Shown here: one piece after another, positions 9,468 to 20,354 of the stretch
Position numbering within the stretch: position 1 is the first letter of the stretch
How the letters are laid out: each line of letters starts with the position of its first letter
Assembly: GCA_045580305.1 (NCBI GenBank)
Contig: JAZNNQ010000054.1
Location: 46,371-110,370, forward strand
DNA from: Eubacteriales bacterium
GTDB taxonomy: Bacteria > Bacillota > Clostridia > Oscillospirales > JAAYXM01
DNA length: 64,000 bases
Direction: 5' to 3'
Position numbers and translations under genes: made by a program
Notes under the pieces: model-generated
Seen by the model: the letters and a program-made list of their open reading frames with translations, nothing else
Database searches by the model: none
Told to the model about the DNA's origin: nothing

Positions 9468-9690
9468 TTTTCCACAAAAACCTGTTAATTTAACATTAAT
9501 AACCTGTGGAAAAAAATTACTCTGTTTTTTACCTGTTTTTTTCCACATCGTTTTCACATTTTTCTGTTGGCGATTTTTGTCAGTATTTTTAAGACCTAAA
9601 TACAGTTTTCCACAGTTTCAACATTACTAATACTTATACTAAAATATTATTATATTTATTATCTTTTATTTTTATTACTGAAAGAAGGAA
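9468..9690. other. oriC segment between dnaA and dnaN: DnaA boxes plus an AT-rich unwinding region
   Basis: TTTTCCACA occurs at 9468-9476, 9539-9547 and 9606-9614, and inverted (TGTGGAAAA) at 9505-9513. An almost pure A/T stretch follows from about 9621 to 9690, up to the dnaN RBS. Confidence 0.8.
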
Positions 9691-9695
9691 AAATT

Positions 9696-10811
9696 ATGAA
9701 GTTCAGCTGCGAAAAAGCAATTCTACAGGAAGCTATCTCGACTACCTCATGGGCGGTATCTGCAAAAAGTGCTATACCAACATTAGAAGGATTACTTATT
9801 GAAGCGGATACCACTGTTAAAATCACCGGCTACAATCTTGAAACCGGCGTTTCTACCCGCATTCCCTCTGATGTTGTTATACCTGGTAAGGTAGTAATAA
9901 ATGCAAAAATTTTAAGCGATATCATCCGCTACTTCCCGGACGATGTTGTAACCTTTTCTGTTTCTGAAACACTTACCGTTTTAATTATGTGCGGTAATGC
10001 AAAGTACGAAATCATGGGTCTTCCTGCAGATGAATTTCCAAATCTTCCCGAAATAGAAGACGATCATGTTTTAATTTTACCTCAGAATGTTTTAAAATCC
10101 ATGATCTCGCAAACTATTTTTGCTATCAGCACAAACGACAACAAGCCTGTACATACAGGTTCCTTATTTGAAATTGAAAACAATACATTAAATGTGGTTT
10201 CTGTTGACGGCTTCCGTCTTGCTATCAGAACAGAAACTCTCGAAAGCACAAGCACTACTGATAATTTCTCATTTATTGTGCCCGGTCATACTCTTAAAGA
10301 AATTGAAAAGATTATGGACGATGTTGACGAAGAAATTAAAATTATGCTTGGTAAAAAGCATATCACCTTTACCGTAGGAGAGACCACACTTATCTCTCGT
10401 GTGCTTGAGGGTGAATTCTTAAACTACAAAAATGCTATTCCAAAAACTTGCTCATTTACCACCTGTGTTGGTGTAAGAGATCTTATTTCTTCACTTGAGC
10501 GTGTTTCAATTATTATAAATGAGCGTATTAAAAATCCGGTGCGCTGTAACTTTACCGAAAGCAGTATGAAGCTCTCTTGTACAACTCCTCTTGGTAAATC
10601 TCAGGACGAGTGTATTTTAAAAAGTGCTGCAGAGCCGCTGGAAATCGGATTTAATAACCGTTATTTCTTAGATGCACTTAAGGCTTGTCCGGATTCCGAA
10701 GTTTTGATGGAACTTAATACTCACTTATCACCTATCGTTTTAAAGCCGATTGAAGGAAATTCATATCTCTATCTTATTTTACCGGTTAGACTTAAGTCTG
10801 ATATGGAATAA
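9696..10811 (+). CDS. dnaN: DNA polymerase III beta sliding clamp
   Basis: 371 aa in the conserved dnaA-dnaN-recF order, with three-domain clamp length and sequence character. Confidence 0.95.
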   Translation: MKFSCEKAILQEAISTTSWAVSAKSAIPTLEGLLIEADTTVKITGYNLETGVSTRIPSDVVIPGKVVINAKILSDIIRYFPDDVVTFSVSETLTVLIMCGNAKYEIMGLPADEFPNLPEIEDDHVLILPQNVLKSMISQTIFAISTNDNKPVHTGSLFEIENNTLNVVSVDGFRLAIRTETLESTSTTDNFSFIVPGHTLKEIEKIMDDVDEEIKIMLGKKHITFTVGETTLISRVLEGEFLNYKNAIPKTCSFTTCVGVRDLISSLERVSIIINERIKNPVRCNFTESSMKLSCTTPLGKSQDECILKSAAEPLEIGFNNRYFLDALKACPDSEVLMELNTHLSPIVLKPIEGNSYLYLILPVRLKSDME

Positions 10812-10814
10812 AAA

Positions 10815-11909
10815 ATGAAAATTAAATCTCTTGTTCTTAAAAACTTTAAAAATTATAAAAACGCTGAATTTGCCTTTTCAGACAGAATAAATGTAATAAG
10901 CGGCGAAAATGCCCAGGGTAAAACTAATCTTCTTGAAGCAATTTTTTACCTTTCCTGTGTAAAAACAATTCACGCAAAAAAAGAGCGTGACTTAATCTGT
11001 TTTGGCGATGAGGAAGCTTCTGTTATAGCAAACGCGGAAAGCGCAATGAGAAATCTCGATATCAGAATCGACATTTCTACTTCGCCACGCAGGATTTTTG
11101 TAAACGGCATAAAGCAGCAAAAAGTTACCGAATATATTGGAAATATTCAATCTGTATTATTTATTCCCGATGATTTGTCAATGATTAAAGAGGGTCCTTT
11201 TATAAGACGACGCTTTTTAAATATCGCAATTTCGCAGCTGAAACCAAATTATTTAAGTGCACTTTCGCGCTATAACAAAATATTGGAACAAAAAAATAAA
11301 CTGTTAAAGCAGGAAAATAAAGATCCTGTCCTTTTAGATATTTATAATGAAAGGCTCAGTCAATATGGCGCGACAATTATCAAATATCGCGCAGACTTTG
11401 TTAAGCAAATAGCCGAAGAAGCGGAAAAAAATCATTATGAAATGTCAAATAAAAGAGAAAAATTACAGATCGTATACAAAACTGACAGATATATTACGGA
11501 TGATTGTAATATCGAAGAAGCTTTGTATAATCATATGAGCGAAAGAATAAATGCCGAGATTGAAAGTGAAATGTCGCTTGTGGGGCCTCACCGTGATGAT
11601 TTGATTTTCCTTATAAATGACATAAGTGCAAAGGATTTTGCTTCACAAGGACAGATAAGAACTGCAATTTTATCTACAAAGCTTGCAGAGCGTGAGGTAT
11701 TTTATAAAAATACCGGCGAATATCCAATACTTTTACTGGATGATGTACTTTCCGAGCTGGATGTCACACGACAAAATTATGTTTTAAACAAAATTGACAA
11801 GGGCCAGGTTTTTATAACCAGCTGTGAAAACTTAATTTCACCGGCTATGGAATGTGGTAAGCTCTTTGAAATTGAAAACGGAATACTTAAAGGAAGCAGG
11901 GAGTTTTAG
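10815..11909 (+). CDS. recF: DNA replication and repair protein RecF
   Basis: 364 aa with Walker A GENAQGKTNLLEAI, an SMC-like signature region and Walker B LLLDDVLSELD. Confidence 0.95.
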   Translation: MKIKSLVLKNFKNYKNAEFAFSDRINVISGENAQGKTNLLEAIFYLSCVKTIHAKKERDLICFGDEEASVIANAESAMRNLDIRIDISTSPRRIFVNGIKQQKVTEYIGNIQSVLFIPDDLSMIKEGPFIRRRFLNIAISQLKPNYLSALSRYNKILEQKNKLLKQENKDPVLLDIYNERLSQYGATIIKYRADFVKQIAEEAEKNHYEMSNKREKLQIVYKTDRYITDDCNIEEALYNHMSERINAEIESEMSLVGPHRDDLIFLINDISAKDFASQGQIRTAILSTKLAEREVFYKNTGEYPILLLDDVLSELDVTRQNYVLNKIDKGQVFITSCENLISPAMECGKLFEIENGILKGSREF

Positions 11910-11910
11910 A

Positions 11911-12183
11911 ATGTATCTGCATCTGGGTGAAGAAACGGTTATAAGAGATCAGGATGTAATAGGTATTTTTGATCTTGAAATAACATCACAATCCAAAATA
12001 ACACGCACTTTTCTTGCAAAGCAGGAAAAGGACAAAAATGTAGTAAATGTAAGCGAAGAACTACCGCGTTCCTTTATTGTATGTAATAACAATAAAAAAA
12101 ATACAACCTACATTTCACAAATATCATCGCAAACACTTACCCGCCGTTCGAAAAGCACTTTGATGACGGCAAATTTAGAATAA
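11911..12183 (+). CDS. DUF370 protein (YaaB/RemB-like) between recF and gyrB
   Basis: The start MYLHLGEETVIRDQDVIGIFDL is typical of the small DUF370 gene in this position. I chose the ATG at 11911, not the ORF-track start at 11854, which overlaps recF. Confidence 0.7.
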   Translation: MYLHLGEETVIRDQDVIGIFDLEITSQSKITRTFLAKQEKDKNVVNVSEELPRSFIVCNNNKKNTTYISQISSQTLTRRSKSTLMTANLE

Positions 12184-12204
12184 ACAGACGGGGGAATGAA
12201 ATTT

Positions 12205-14145
12205 ATGTCTGAACAGATTCAAAACTCATACGACGAAACACAAATACAAGTACTTGAAGGCTTAGAAGCGGTCAGAAAACGCCCGGGTATGTATATCGGA
12301 TCTACCTCTGCCAGAGGTTTACACCATCTGGTATATGAGATTGTGGATAATGCAATCGACGAGGCGCTTGCCGGCTATTGTACACAGATTGACATTACAT
12401 TAAACAAGGATAATTCTGTTACCGTAAAGGATAACGGCCGTGGTATTCCTCACGGTATTCATCCTAAAATGGGTATTTCTACCATCGATGTTGTATTTAC
12501 CGTACTCCACGCAGGCGGTAAATTTGGCGGCGGCGGATATAAGGTGTCCGGCGGTCTTCACGGTGTAGGTGCATCGGTTGTTAATGCTCTTTCAACCAAG
12601 CTTGAAGTACATGTACACGACGGTGAAAACCTCTGGCATCAGGTATATAACCGCGGCGTGCCTCAGGGTTCTGTTGAAAATATCGGAAAAACTGATAAAA
12701 CAGGTACAGAAATTACCTTCTGGGCAGATCCGGAGATATTTGAAGAAACCGTTTACGATTATTATACGCTCTTAAAGCGTCTTCGTGAGCAGGCATTCTT
12801 AAACGGCGGTATCAAGATTAATTTTACCGACCTTCGTGAAAGTGAGCCGGTTTCTGAGCTTTTACATTACGACGGCGGTATTAAAAACTTTGTATCATTC
12901 TTATTTAATGAAAAAAAATCTAAAAAAGATTCTCTTGAAACCATTCACGAGGATGTTATTTATGTAAGTGGCGAGAAAAACGGCTCCATGGCAGAGGTTG
13001 CACTCTCGTGGTCAACAGCATACGACGAAACTATTGAGTCTTTTGCAAACAATATCTCTACCACCGAAGGCGGTACACACGAAACAGGTTTTAAATCTGC
13101 GCTTACCAAGGTTTTACTTGAATATGGCAGAAAGTATAAGCTGATTAAAGATGATGAAGAGTTAACCGGCGAGGATGCCCGTGAAGGTCTTATTGCGGTA
13201 ATTTCCGTTAAACTTGAGGAGCCGCAGTTTGAAGGACAGACAAAGACAAAGCTGGGTAATTCCGAAATTAGAGGCCTTGTTGAAAATATCGTAAAAGAAA
13301 AGCTTGCTGATTTTCTTGAGGAAAACCCAAAAATCGGTCGCGCAATTATTGAAAAAGCAATTCTTGCATCCCGTGCCCGCATTGCAGCAAGAAAGGCGAG
13401 AGAAGCAACAAGAAAAACACCTCTCGGTTCAAGCTCACTCCCCGGTAAACTTACCGACTGTATTGTAAAGGATCCTACAAAGACCGAAATTTATATCGTA
13501 GAGGGAGATTCTGCGGGTGGTTCCGCTAAGAACGGCCGTGACAGTAAATATCAGGCTATTCTTCCGCTCTGGGGTAAAATGCTCAATGTCGAAAAGGCAA
13601 GAGCAGATAAGGTCTACGACAATGATAAGCTAAAGCCGGTTATCCAGGCGCTGGGAACCGGTATTGCAGAAGAGTTCAATATTGAAAAGATCCGTTACGA
13701 CAAAGTCATTATTATGGCCGATGCGGATGTTGACGGTGCTCATATCCAGACGCTTCTTTTAACCTTCTTCTTCAGATTTATGAAACCTCTTATCGAGGAA
13801 GGACACATCTACCTTGCTAAACCGCCGCTTTATAAGCTTACTCGCGGTAAGAAAAGTCAGGTTGCCTTCAGTGATGAAGAGCGTGATCGCATAAGCGAAG
13901 AGATGAAGGATGGAGATAAGAACGCCAAGGTTGACATCAGCCGTTATAAAGGTCTTGGTGAGATGAACCCGGAAGAGCTTTGGGAAACCACAATGGACCC
14001 GAAAAATCGAGTTCTTCTAAAAGTTACCTTGGAGGATGCAGAAAAAGCGGATCAGATTTTCAGCATTCTTATGGGCGACGAAGTAGAACCGAGACGACTC
14101 TTCATTGAAGAAAACGCTCAGTATGTCACAAATCTTGATGTTTAA
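12205..14145 (+). CDS. gyrB: DNA gyrase subunit B
   Basis: GHKL ATPase motifs ([20 protein letters not shown]) and Toprim ([16 protein letters not shown]). I prefer the ATG at 12205 over 12196 on RBS spacing. Confidence 0.96.
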   Translation: MSEQIQNSYDETQIQVLEGLEAVRKRPGMYIGSTSARGLHHLVYEIVDNAIDEALAGYCTQIDITLNKDNSVTVKDNGRGIPHGIHPKMGISTIDVVFTVLHAGGKFGGGGYKVSGGLHGVGASVVNALSTKLEVHVHDGENLWHQVYNRGVPQGSVENIGKTDKTGTEITFWADPEIFEETVYDYYTLLKRLREQAFLNGGIKINFTDLRESEPVSELLHYDGGIKNFVSFLFNEKKSKKDSLETIHEDVIYVSGEKNGSMAEVALSWSTAYDETIESFANNISTTEGGTHETGFKSALTKVLLEYGRKYKLIKDDEELTGEDAREGLIAVISVKLEEPQFEGQTKTKLGNSEIRGLVENIVKEKLADFLEENPKIGRAIIEKAILASRARIAARKAREATRKTPLGSSSLPGKLTDCIVKDPTKTEIYIVEGDSAGGSAKNGRDSKYQAILPLWGKMLNVEKARADKVYDNDKLKPVIQALGTGIAEEFNIEKIRYDKVIIMADADVDGAHIQTLLLTFFFRFMKPLIEEGHIYLAKPPLYKLTRGKKSQVAFSDEERDRISEEMKDGDKNAKVDISRYKGLGEMNPEELWETTMDPKNRVLLKVTLEDAEKADQIFSILMGDEVEPRRLFIEENAQYVTNLDV

Positions 14146-14174
14146 AGCTCGTCTTTGAAAGGATAGTTAGTACG

Positions 14175-16670
14175 ATGGCTAAGAATAAAAAATACGAAGA
14201 TTCTCATTTTGAAGAATATTTCGATACACAAACTATTGTAGATATAGATATTGAAAAGAGAATGAGGGAGGCATTCATCGATTACGCCATGAGCGTTATC
14301 GTATCCCGCGCGCTCCCCGATGTGCGTGACGGTTTAAAGCCGGTTCACAGAAGAATTCTCTATTCAATGTTTGAAGAGCATCTCACCGTAGATAAGCCCT
14401 TCTTCAAATCCGCTACCACCGTCGGTAATGTTATCGGTAGATATCATCCTCACGGTGATGCTTCCGTTTACGATGCTATGGTCCGTCTTGCTCAGGACTT
14501 CTCCATGAGATATCCGCTGGTTGATGGCCACGGTAACTTCGGTTCTGTTGACGGCGACCCGCCAGCTGCATACCGTTATACCGAGGCGCGAATGAGTAAG
14601 CTGGCAAACCTACTCTTAGAGAATATTGACAAGGACACTGTTGACTTCTCACCCAACTTTGATGAGAAAAGGGTAGAGCCTGTAGTTCTTCCTACCCGCG
14701 TGCCCACATTGCTTATTAATGGTAGCTCGGGTATCGCTGTCGGTATGGCAACAAATATACCGCCTCATAACTTAACCGAGGTTTTAGACGGTGCAATTGC
14801 GCAAATTGATAATCCGGATATTACTGTTGAAGAGCTCATGGAATACATCCAGGGTCCGGATTTCCCGACAAAGGCATCCATTATCGGTAAATCCGGTATC
14901 CGCTCGGCTTATGCTACCGGTAAAGGTAAGATTATAATTCGTGCTAAATGTGAAATTGAGGAGCACAAGGACGGCACAGCATCAATTATAGTTACCGAAT
15001 TACCATATCAGGTAAACAAAAAGATGCTGGTAGAGTCAATTGCGGAAATGGTTAAGGAGAAGAGAATAGAGGGTCTTTCAGATATTGATGACCATTCCTC
15101 CGACCGTGTTGGTATACGCCTTGAAATTTTCTTAAAGCGCGATGCTAACCCCAATGTTGTACTTAATCAGTTATTTAAATATACCAGATTACAGGACAGC
15201 TTCTCCATTAATATGCTTGCTATTTGCGACGGCAAGCCGAAAACGATGGGATTAAAGGAGATTTTAGCTAATTTTATCTCCTTCCAGGAAGAAATCGTAA
15301 CCCGCCGCACAAAGTTTGACCTCAAAAAGGCAGAGGCAAGAATGCACATCTTAGAGGGACTAAAAATCGCCCTCGCTAACATCGACGAGGTTATTAATGT
15401 AATCAGAAACTCCTATGATGATGCAAAAGAGCGCTTAATGGAGCGTTTTGCTATGTCTGAAATTCAGGCGCAGAGCGTACTTGATATGCGTCTTGCTCAG
15501 CTTCAGCGCTTAAACGGCGAGAAAATCGATATCGAGTATAACGAGCTTCTTGCAAAATGTGAAGAATACCGCGCACTTCTTGCAAATCGTGAGCTTCTTA
15601 TGGAGAAAATCAAGGATGAGCTTCAGACTATCCGCGATAAATACGGTGACGAGCGTCTTACCGATATCGTGCCTTTCGATGGTCAGATCGATATTGAGGA
15701 CGAGGATCTCATCCCGGTAGAGGAGTGTGTATATACACTCACCCATTATGGATATATCAAGAGATTACCCTCTAACACCTATCGCGCACAGCGACGCGGC
15801 GGCAAGGGTATTGCAGGCATCAAAACCCGCGAAGAGGACTTTGCTGAGACTCTTTTTGTAGCATCTTCACACGATCATATTCTGTTCTTCACCAATAAGG
15901 GCAGACTTTATCGCGTAAAGGGTTATCAGATCCCTGAGAGTAGCCGTACCGCAAAGGGTATGAATATTGTCAACCTTATCCCCATTGAGGGCGACGAAAA
16001 GGTAACTGCAATGATCCCGATAAACGATTTCGAGGAAGGCAAGTTCCTTGTAATGGCAACAAAACTCGGTATCGTAAAGAGAATTGAGCTTACCCGTGTT
16101 CAGTCCGCTCGTAAAGCAGGTATCCGCGCGGTAACTATCGGCGATGGCGACGAGCTTATCTCCGTAATGCTTACTGACAATGAAAAGCAGTTAATGCTCG
16201 CTACCAGAAACGGTATGGCTATCCGCTTCAGCGAGCAGGATATCCGTCCCACAGGTCGTGACAGTGCCGGTGTTTACGGTATTGATCTTCGTCAGGACGA
16301 CTATGTTGTAGGAGCTGCTGTTGTTGAAGAGGGCAAGACACTTCTTACAGTTACCGAAAACGGCTTTGGCAAGAAGACAGAAATCGAGGAATATCGTCTC
16401 CAGAGCAGATACGGCAAGGGTATTTTAAATTACAACATAACCGAAAAGACAGGCAAGGTTGCCGGTGTTCAGATGGTTGATGACAACGACGATGTTATGC
16501 TCATTTCCGATGACGGCGTTATTATCCGTATGCCGGCTGAGGGTATCAGTGTATACAGCCGCGTTACTCAGGGTGTAATTCTTATGCGCTTAGCGGAGGA
16601 TGTTCATGTTATATCCGTCGCTTCTACCGAAAAGGAAGAAGAGGACGAGGAAGCACCTGCTGAGGAATAA
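14175..16670 (+). CDS. gyrA: DNA gyrase subunit A
   Basis: 831 aa with the active-site region [10 protein letters not shown], the QRDR-like [14 protein letters not shown] and an acidic C-terminal tail. Confidence 0.97.
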   Translation: MAKNKKYEDSHFEEYFDTQTIVDIDIEKRMREAFIDYAMSVIVSRALPDVRDGLKPVHRRILYSMFEEHLTVDKPFFKSATTVGNVIGRYHPHGDASVYDAMVRLAQDFSMRYPLVDGHGNFGSVDGDPPAAYRYTEARMSKLANLLLENIDKDTVDFSPNFDEKRVEPVVLPTRVPTLLINGSSGIAVGMATNIPPHNLTEVLDGAIAQIDNPDITVEELMEYIQGPDFPTKASIIGKSGIRSAYATGKGKIIIRAKCEIEEHKDGTASIIVTELPYQVNKKMLVESIAEMVKEKRIEGLSDIDDHSSDRVGIRLEIFLKRDANPNVVLNQLFKYTRLQDSFSINMLAICDGKPKTMGLKEILANFISFQEEIVTRRTKFDLKKAEARMHILEGLKIALANIDEVINVIRNSYDDAKERLMERFAMSEIQAQSVLDMRLAQLQRLNGEKIDIEYNELLAKCEEYRALLANRELLMEKIKDELQTIRDKYGDERLTDIVPFDGQIDIEDEDLIPVEECVYTLTHYGYIKRLPSNTYRAQRRGGKGIAGIKTREEDFAETLFVASSHDHILFFTNKGRLYRVKGYQIPESSRTAKGMNIVNLIPIEGDEKVTAMIPINDFEEGKFLVMATKLGIVKRIELTRVQSARKAGIRAVTIGDGDELISVMLTDNEKQLMLATRNGMAIRFSEQDIRPTGRDSAGVYGIDLRQDDYVVGAAVVEEGKTLLTVTENGFGKKTEIEEYRLQSRYGKGILNYNITEKTGKVAGVQMVDDNDDVMLISDDGVIIRMPAEGISVYSRVTQGVILMRLAEDVHVISVASTEKEEEDEEAPAEE

Positions 16671-16676
16671 AATAAT

Positions 16677-16702
16677 AGCCGCTGGGATTTTCCCGGCGGC
16701 TT
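16677..16702 (+). terminator. Hairpin downstream of gyrA, a possible terminator
   Basis: 11-bp stem AGCCGCTGGGA/TCCCGGCGGCT (one G-T pair) with a 3-nt loop. The U-tract is poor. Confidence 0.45.
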
Positions 16703-16710
16703 GAAAAATT

Positions 16711-16726
16711 TGTTCCATGTGAAACA
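16711..16726. promoter_or_regulatory. parS-like site
   Basis: TGTTCCATGTGAAACA has one mismatch to the parS consensus and is the exact reverse complement of the third site at 2057-2072. Confidence 0.65.
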
Positions 16727-16749
16727 TATCTTTAAAGGATAAAAATGGT

Positions 16750-17196
16750 ATGGAAAATAAAAAAGAAGTAATAATATATACAGACGGTGCTTGTTCGGGA
16801 AATCCCGGCCCGGGAGGATGGGGCGCAATTTTGCGCTATAAAAACACCGAAAAGGAAATATCCGGTGGTGAAGAAAAGACAACCAACAACCGAATGGAAC
16901 TCACCGGCGCGATTTCTGCACTAAAAATGCTTAAAGAGCCCTGTAAAGTAACGCTATATAGTGATAGCCAGTATCTGATTAACGGAATTAACAACGGCTG
17001 GGCGGTAAAATGGCGCGCAAACGGCTGGATGCGAAACAAGAAAGAGCCTGCGCTAAACCCTGAGTTGTGGCAGGAGATACTGGAGCTTTGCGAGATACAC
17101 GAGATTGAATTTATCTGGGTAAAAGGACACGCCAGCAACCCGTATAATAACAGATGCGACGCGCTTGCGGTGGCAGAAAGTAAAAAATATCAATAA
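16750..17196 (+). CDS. rnhA: Ribonuclease HI
   Basis: 148 aa with the motif YTDGACSGNPGPGGWG, plus TNNRMEL and DSQY. Confidence 0.9.
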   Translation: MENKKEVIIYTDGACSGNPGPGGWGAILRYKNTEKEISGGEEKTTNNRMELTGAISALKMLKEPCKVTLYSDSQYLINGINNGWAVKWRANGWMRNKKEPALNPELWQEILELCEIHEIEFIWVKGHASNPYNNRCDALAVAESKKYQ

Positions 17197-17264
17197 TACA
17201 CTTGTAATAGTGATAAAAAGGTAGTATATTAGTATAGGAAATTTTCCCCAAGGAGTTAATATAA

Positions 17265-18437
17265 ATGAAAATGATTTATGCTGACCACGCGGCAACTACA
17301 CAGGTCAAGCCGCAGGTTTTAGAGGCAATGATGCCTTATTTTTGTGAAGAATATGGCAATCCTTCAAGCCTTTATTCTTTCGCTTACAGTTCAAAAAATG
17401 CCATTGAGAAGGCGAGAGCACAGGTTGCAGAACTTCTCGGTGCCGAAGTGAACGAGATTTACTTCACCGGCTGCGGTACGGAGAGTGATAACTGGGCAAT
17501 TAAGGGTACAGCCTTTGCTAAAAAAGACAAGGGTAAGCACATCATCACAACCAAAATCGAGCATCACGCGGTGCTTCATACCTGCCAGTATCTGGAGAAA
17601 AAGGGCTATGAGGTAACATATCTCGGCGTGGATGAGTTTGGTATGATCTCCCTTGATGAATTAAAGGCGGCTATCCGTCCGGATACCATTTTAATTTCGG
17701 TTATGTTCGCAAACAATGAGATCGGAACGATCCAACCTATTGAAGAAATAGGTGCGATTGCAAGAGAAAAGGGCATCCTTTTCCATACCGATGCTGTCCA
17801 GGCGGCCGGTCATATTCCGATAGATGTCAAGAAGATGAATATCGATATGCTGGCGCTTTCCGGTCACAAGTTGGGCGCGCCCAAGGGCATCGGCGTTATG
17901 TATATTCGCAAGGGCGTCAATATCGACAGCCTTATCCACGGCGGTGGCCACGAGCGCAGACGACGCTCAGGTACAGAGAATGTGCCCTACATCGTAGGAC
18001 TCGGCGAGGCGGCACGCATCGCTAAAGAAGAAATGGATGAAAATATCGCGAAGGTCACCAAAATGCGCGATAAAATTATTGAAGCGGCACTGAAGATGCC
18101 CTATACCATTCTCACCGGACACCCCACTTGTCGCCATCCCGGTATCGCAAGCATTTGTGTTGAGGGAATAGAGGGCGAGAGCTTGCTTTTAAATATGTAT
18201 AAAGAGGGAATTTGTGCAAGCTCCGGCTCTGCCTGCTCCTCAGGATCCCTTGACCCGTCGCATGTTCTGCTTTCCATCGGCCTGCCTCACCATATCGCAC
18301 ACGGTTCGCTCCGTCTTTCAGTTGCTGAGGACAATACCGATGAGGAAATAGACCATATTATAGAATCACTTTATAAAGTGGTTGAGCGACTTCGTGCAAT
18401 GTCCCCGGTTTGGGAAAACGGCAAACCTATTTGGTAA
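17265..18437 (+). CDS. nifS: Cysteine desulfurase, NifS type
   Basis: 390 aa with the PLP lysine region [12 protein letters not shown] and the active-site loop SSGSACSSG. nifU follows. Confidence 0.9.
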   Translation: MKMIYADHAATTQVKPQVLEAMMPYFCEEYGNPSSLYSFAYSSKNAIEKARAQVAELLGAEVNEIYFTGCGTESDNWAIKGTAFAKKDKGKHIITTKIEHHAVLHTCQYLEKKGYEVTYLGVDEFGMISLDELKAAIRPDTILISVMFANNEIGTIQPIEEIGAIAREKGILFHTDAVQAAGHIPIDVKKMNIDMLALSGHKLGAPKGIGVMYIRKGVNIDSLIHGGGHERRRRSGTENVPYIVGLGEAARIAKEEMDENIAKVTKMRDKIIEAALKMPYTILTGHPTCRHPGIASICVEGIEGESLLLNMYKEGICASSGSACSSGSLDPSHVLLSIGLPHHIAHGSLRLSVAEDNTDEEIDHIIESLYKVVERLRAMSPVWENGKPIW

Positions 18438-18452
18438 AAAGGAGAAAGATAA

Positions 18453-18881
18453 ATGTATACAGATAAAGTAATGGACCACTTCACAAATCCCCGCAATGTG
18501 GGTGAGATGGAAAATCCCACTGCGGTTGGTACCGTAGGTAATCCCAAATGCGGCGATATTATGAAGATATACTTAAAGATCGAAAATGATGTAATTGTTG
18601 ATGTGACATTTAAGACCTTCGGTTGCGGCGCGGCAGTTGCAACATCGAGTATGGCAACCGAGATGGTTAAAGGTAAAACCATTGAAGAGGCGTTAAAGCT
18701 TACCAATAAAGATGTGCTTGACGCGCTTGGCGGTCTCCCGCCGGCAAAAATTCATTGCTCGGTGCTTGCAGAAGAAGCACTGAAGGCGGCAATCGCGGAT
18801 TACTATAAGCAGCAGGGTATCGACCCAACACCCATCGTCGGCTGTGGCGGCGATTGCGAGCATTGCTGCGGCCATCACTAA
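18453..18881 (+). CDS. nifU: Fe-S cluster assembly scaffold NifU/IscU-like
   Basis: 142 aa with the three scaffold cysteines in GNPKCGD, FGCGAAVA and IHCS. Confidence 0.9.
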   Translation: MYTDKVMDHFTNPRNVGEMENPTAVGTVGNPKCGDIMKIYLKIENDVIVDVTFKTFGCGAAVATSSMATEMVKGKTIEEALKLTNKDVLDALGGLPPAKIHCSVLAEEALKAAIADYYKQQGIDPTPIVGCGGDCEHCCGHH

Positions 18882-18886
18882 AAAAT

Positions 18887-18918
18887 AAAACCGAGTAGCG
18901 TAAGCTACTCGGTTTTTT
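18887..18918. terminator. Bidirectional intrinsic terminator
   Basis: 9-bp stem CCGAGTAGC/GCTACTCGG with a GTAA loop, an A-run before and a T-run after. It sits between convergent nifU and the 18917 gene. Confidence 0.85.
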
Positions 18919-19351
18919 AGTCGCCGTTTAATGCCTTTTCAATTTGTGTTAATAGGCCGCCGTCATGAACGCAGTCATCCTTAGTAATATTAACTTCTGT
19001 GCGCCCTTTTTCTTTTACTTTGTCAATGGTTTTTTGAAACACTGCATCATATCTATCAACAAGAATTACAGTAAAGGAGGAATATTCAGAATAATGTTCA
19101 GGAATTTTAATGGATAAAGATTTTTCTTCCATATTGGTTTGTTGCATACTCTCAATTTCAGTACCTTCGCCAACTGTAACATGAATTTTATTAATGACTT
19201 GATTTGTGCTATTTATCACTGTTAAGTATCTTCCGTTTTCATCCGCCTCAGCATCGTCGTTGAGAGAAGCGGGGTTACAGGAAATAAGGCAAACAGCAAT
19301 AATAGCTGTAATAACTATGGCCAAAAGACCAAACACTTTTACTTTACGCAT
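18917..19351 (-). CDS. Hypothetical lipoprotein
   Basis: 144 aa with a signal peptide and a lipobox-like CLISC. I recognise no family. AT-rich. Confidence 0.55.
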   Translation of the reverse strand: MRKVKVFGLLAIVITAIIAVCLISCNPASLNDDAEADENGRYLTVINSTNQVINKIHVTVGEGTEIESMQQTNMEEKSLSIKIPEHYSEYSSFTVILVDRYDAVFQKTIDKVKEKGRTEVNITKDDCVHDGGLLTQIEKALNGD

Positions 19352-19355
19352 AAAA

Positions 19356-20180
19356 TTACTCCTTTAAATTAATACTTTTTTCTGTGGTGTCGCTGTTTTC
19401 GAAAATTTTCTCGGACTTTTTATTGGCGGTTATCAATTTTGAAAAAGAAGATTTTGCTTGAGTAGCATCTGCACTTAATCGCGCCATACTATTTGTAAAG
19501 GAAATCTTTACCTGTGTGAGCGCTTCATTTATTACGGGCTCAACGGAAAAATAGATTAACATGCCGACAAAGGCGAGCAGAATATATACAACACCCCAAA
19601 AACCCATAGCGTTATTTAAAGTATTGACATTCAAAAAACCAAGAATTGTTATGAGCCCCATACATATCAAGCTGATAAACTTTACTCCAAAAGCAGAAAA
19701 GAGTATTGCTATAGGGAGAAGCGTTTTGCCATTAATACCACCTAAATTTATAGAACTATTCAAAAACAATTGAATAAGAGAGGCTAATAACAAGATACAG
19801 ACAACGCAAAGAAGAATATCATAGAACGAACCAACGGTTCTCTTTATCCCTTTGAAACGAATTATAAAAACAGCGTATAACAAAATTGCATATAAGGTAG
19901 AGAGTAAATCTGGACGGATTGCCAAGAGTTCGTGTGAATTTGGAACGGCCCATCTAGGAATAGAAAGTAAAAAAGCGATAAACATAAGGACTATTGCCCA
20001 AACAGCACGAGTGCCTCGTCTTTGGGGGTCTTCGCAGGTCACTTGCCCATAAGAGGAAAACTCGTCATTAAATTGTTGAGCGGCAAGGGCCTTGGCTTCT
20101 GTTTCCGAGTCGGTTTTGACCAAATAGGTTTTACATTCGGTGTCTAAAACGGCACCGGTAACTTTAACAAGGTATTCCAC
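19356..20180 (-). CDS. Hypothetical multi-pass membrane protein with a roughly 55-aa soluble N-terminal domain
   Basis: 274 aa with about 6 predicted TM helices. I recognise no family. AT-rich, and 4 nt upstream of the lipoprotein gene. Confidence 0.55.
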   Translation of the reverse strand: MEYLVKVTGAVLDTECKTYLVKTDSETEAKALAAQQFNDEFSSYGQVTCEDPQRRGTRAVWAIVLMFIAFLLSIPRWAVPNSHELLAIRPDLLSTLYAILLYAVFIIRFKGIKRTVGSFYDILLCVVCILLLASLIQLFLNSSINLGGINGKTLLPIAILFSAFGVKFISLICMGLITILGFLNVNTLNNAMGFWGVVYILLAFVGMLIYFSVEPVINEALTQVKISFTNSMARLSADATQAKSSFSKLITANKKSEKIFENSDTTEKSINLKE

Positions 20181-20277
20181 AATAAATCACCTCCTTAATT
20201 TTTTATATTCATTATACTGGTTGTAATTTTCGCGAAAAAATTTTTCTTGAGTTATTGTACCATAAAATACATAAATA

Positions 20278-20309
20278 GACAATAGGTGACATATACCGCA
20301 CCTATTGTC
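20278..20309. repeat. Inverted repeat/hairpin with 11-bp arms
   Basis: GACAATAGGTG (20278-20288) pairs with CACCTATTGTC (20299-20309) around a 10-nt loop. It lies between the corC-type gene terminator and the 20180 gene start. Confidence 0.6.
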
Positions 20310-20315
20310 AATAAT

Positions 20316-20354
20316 AAAAACAGCGAGATGGTTTTTACCATCCCGCTGTTTTTA
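20316..20354. terminator. Intrinsic terminator after the CNNM/CorC-family gene
   Basis: Stem CAGCGAGATGG/CCATCCCGCTG (one mismatch) with flanking A-run and T-run. Confidence 0.75.
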
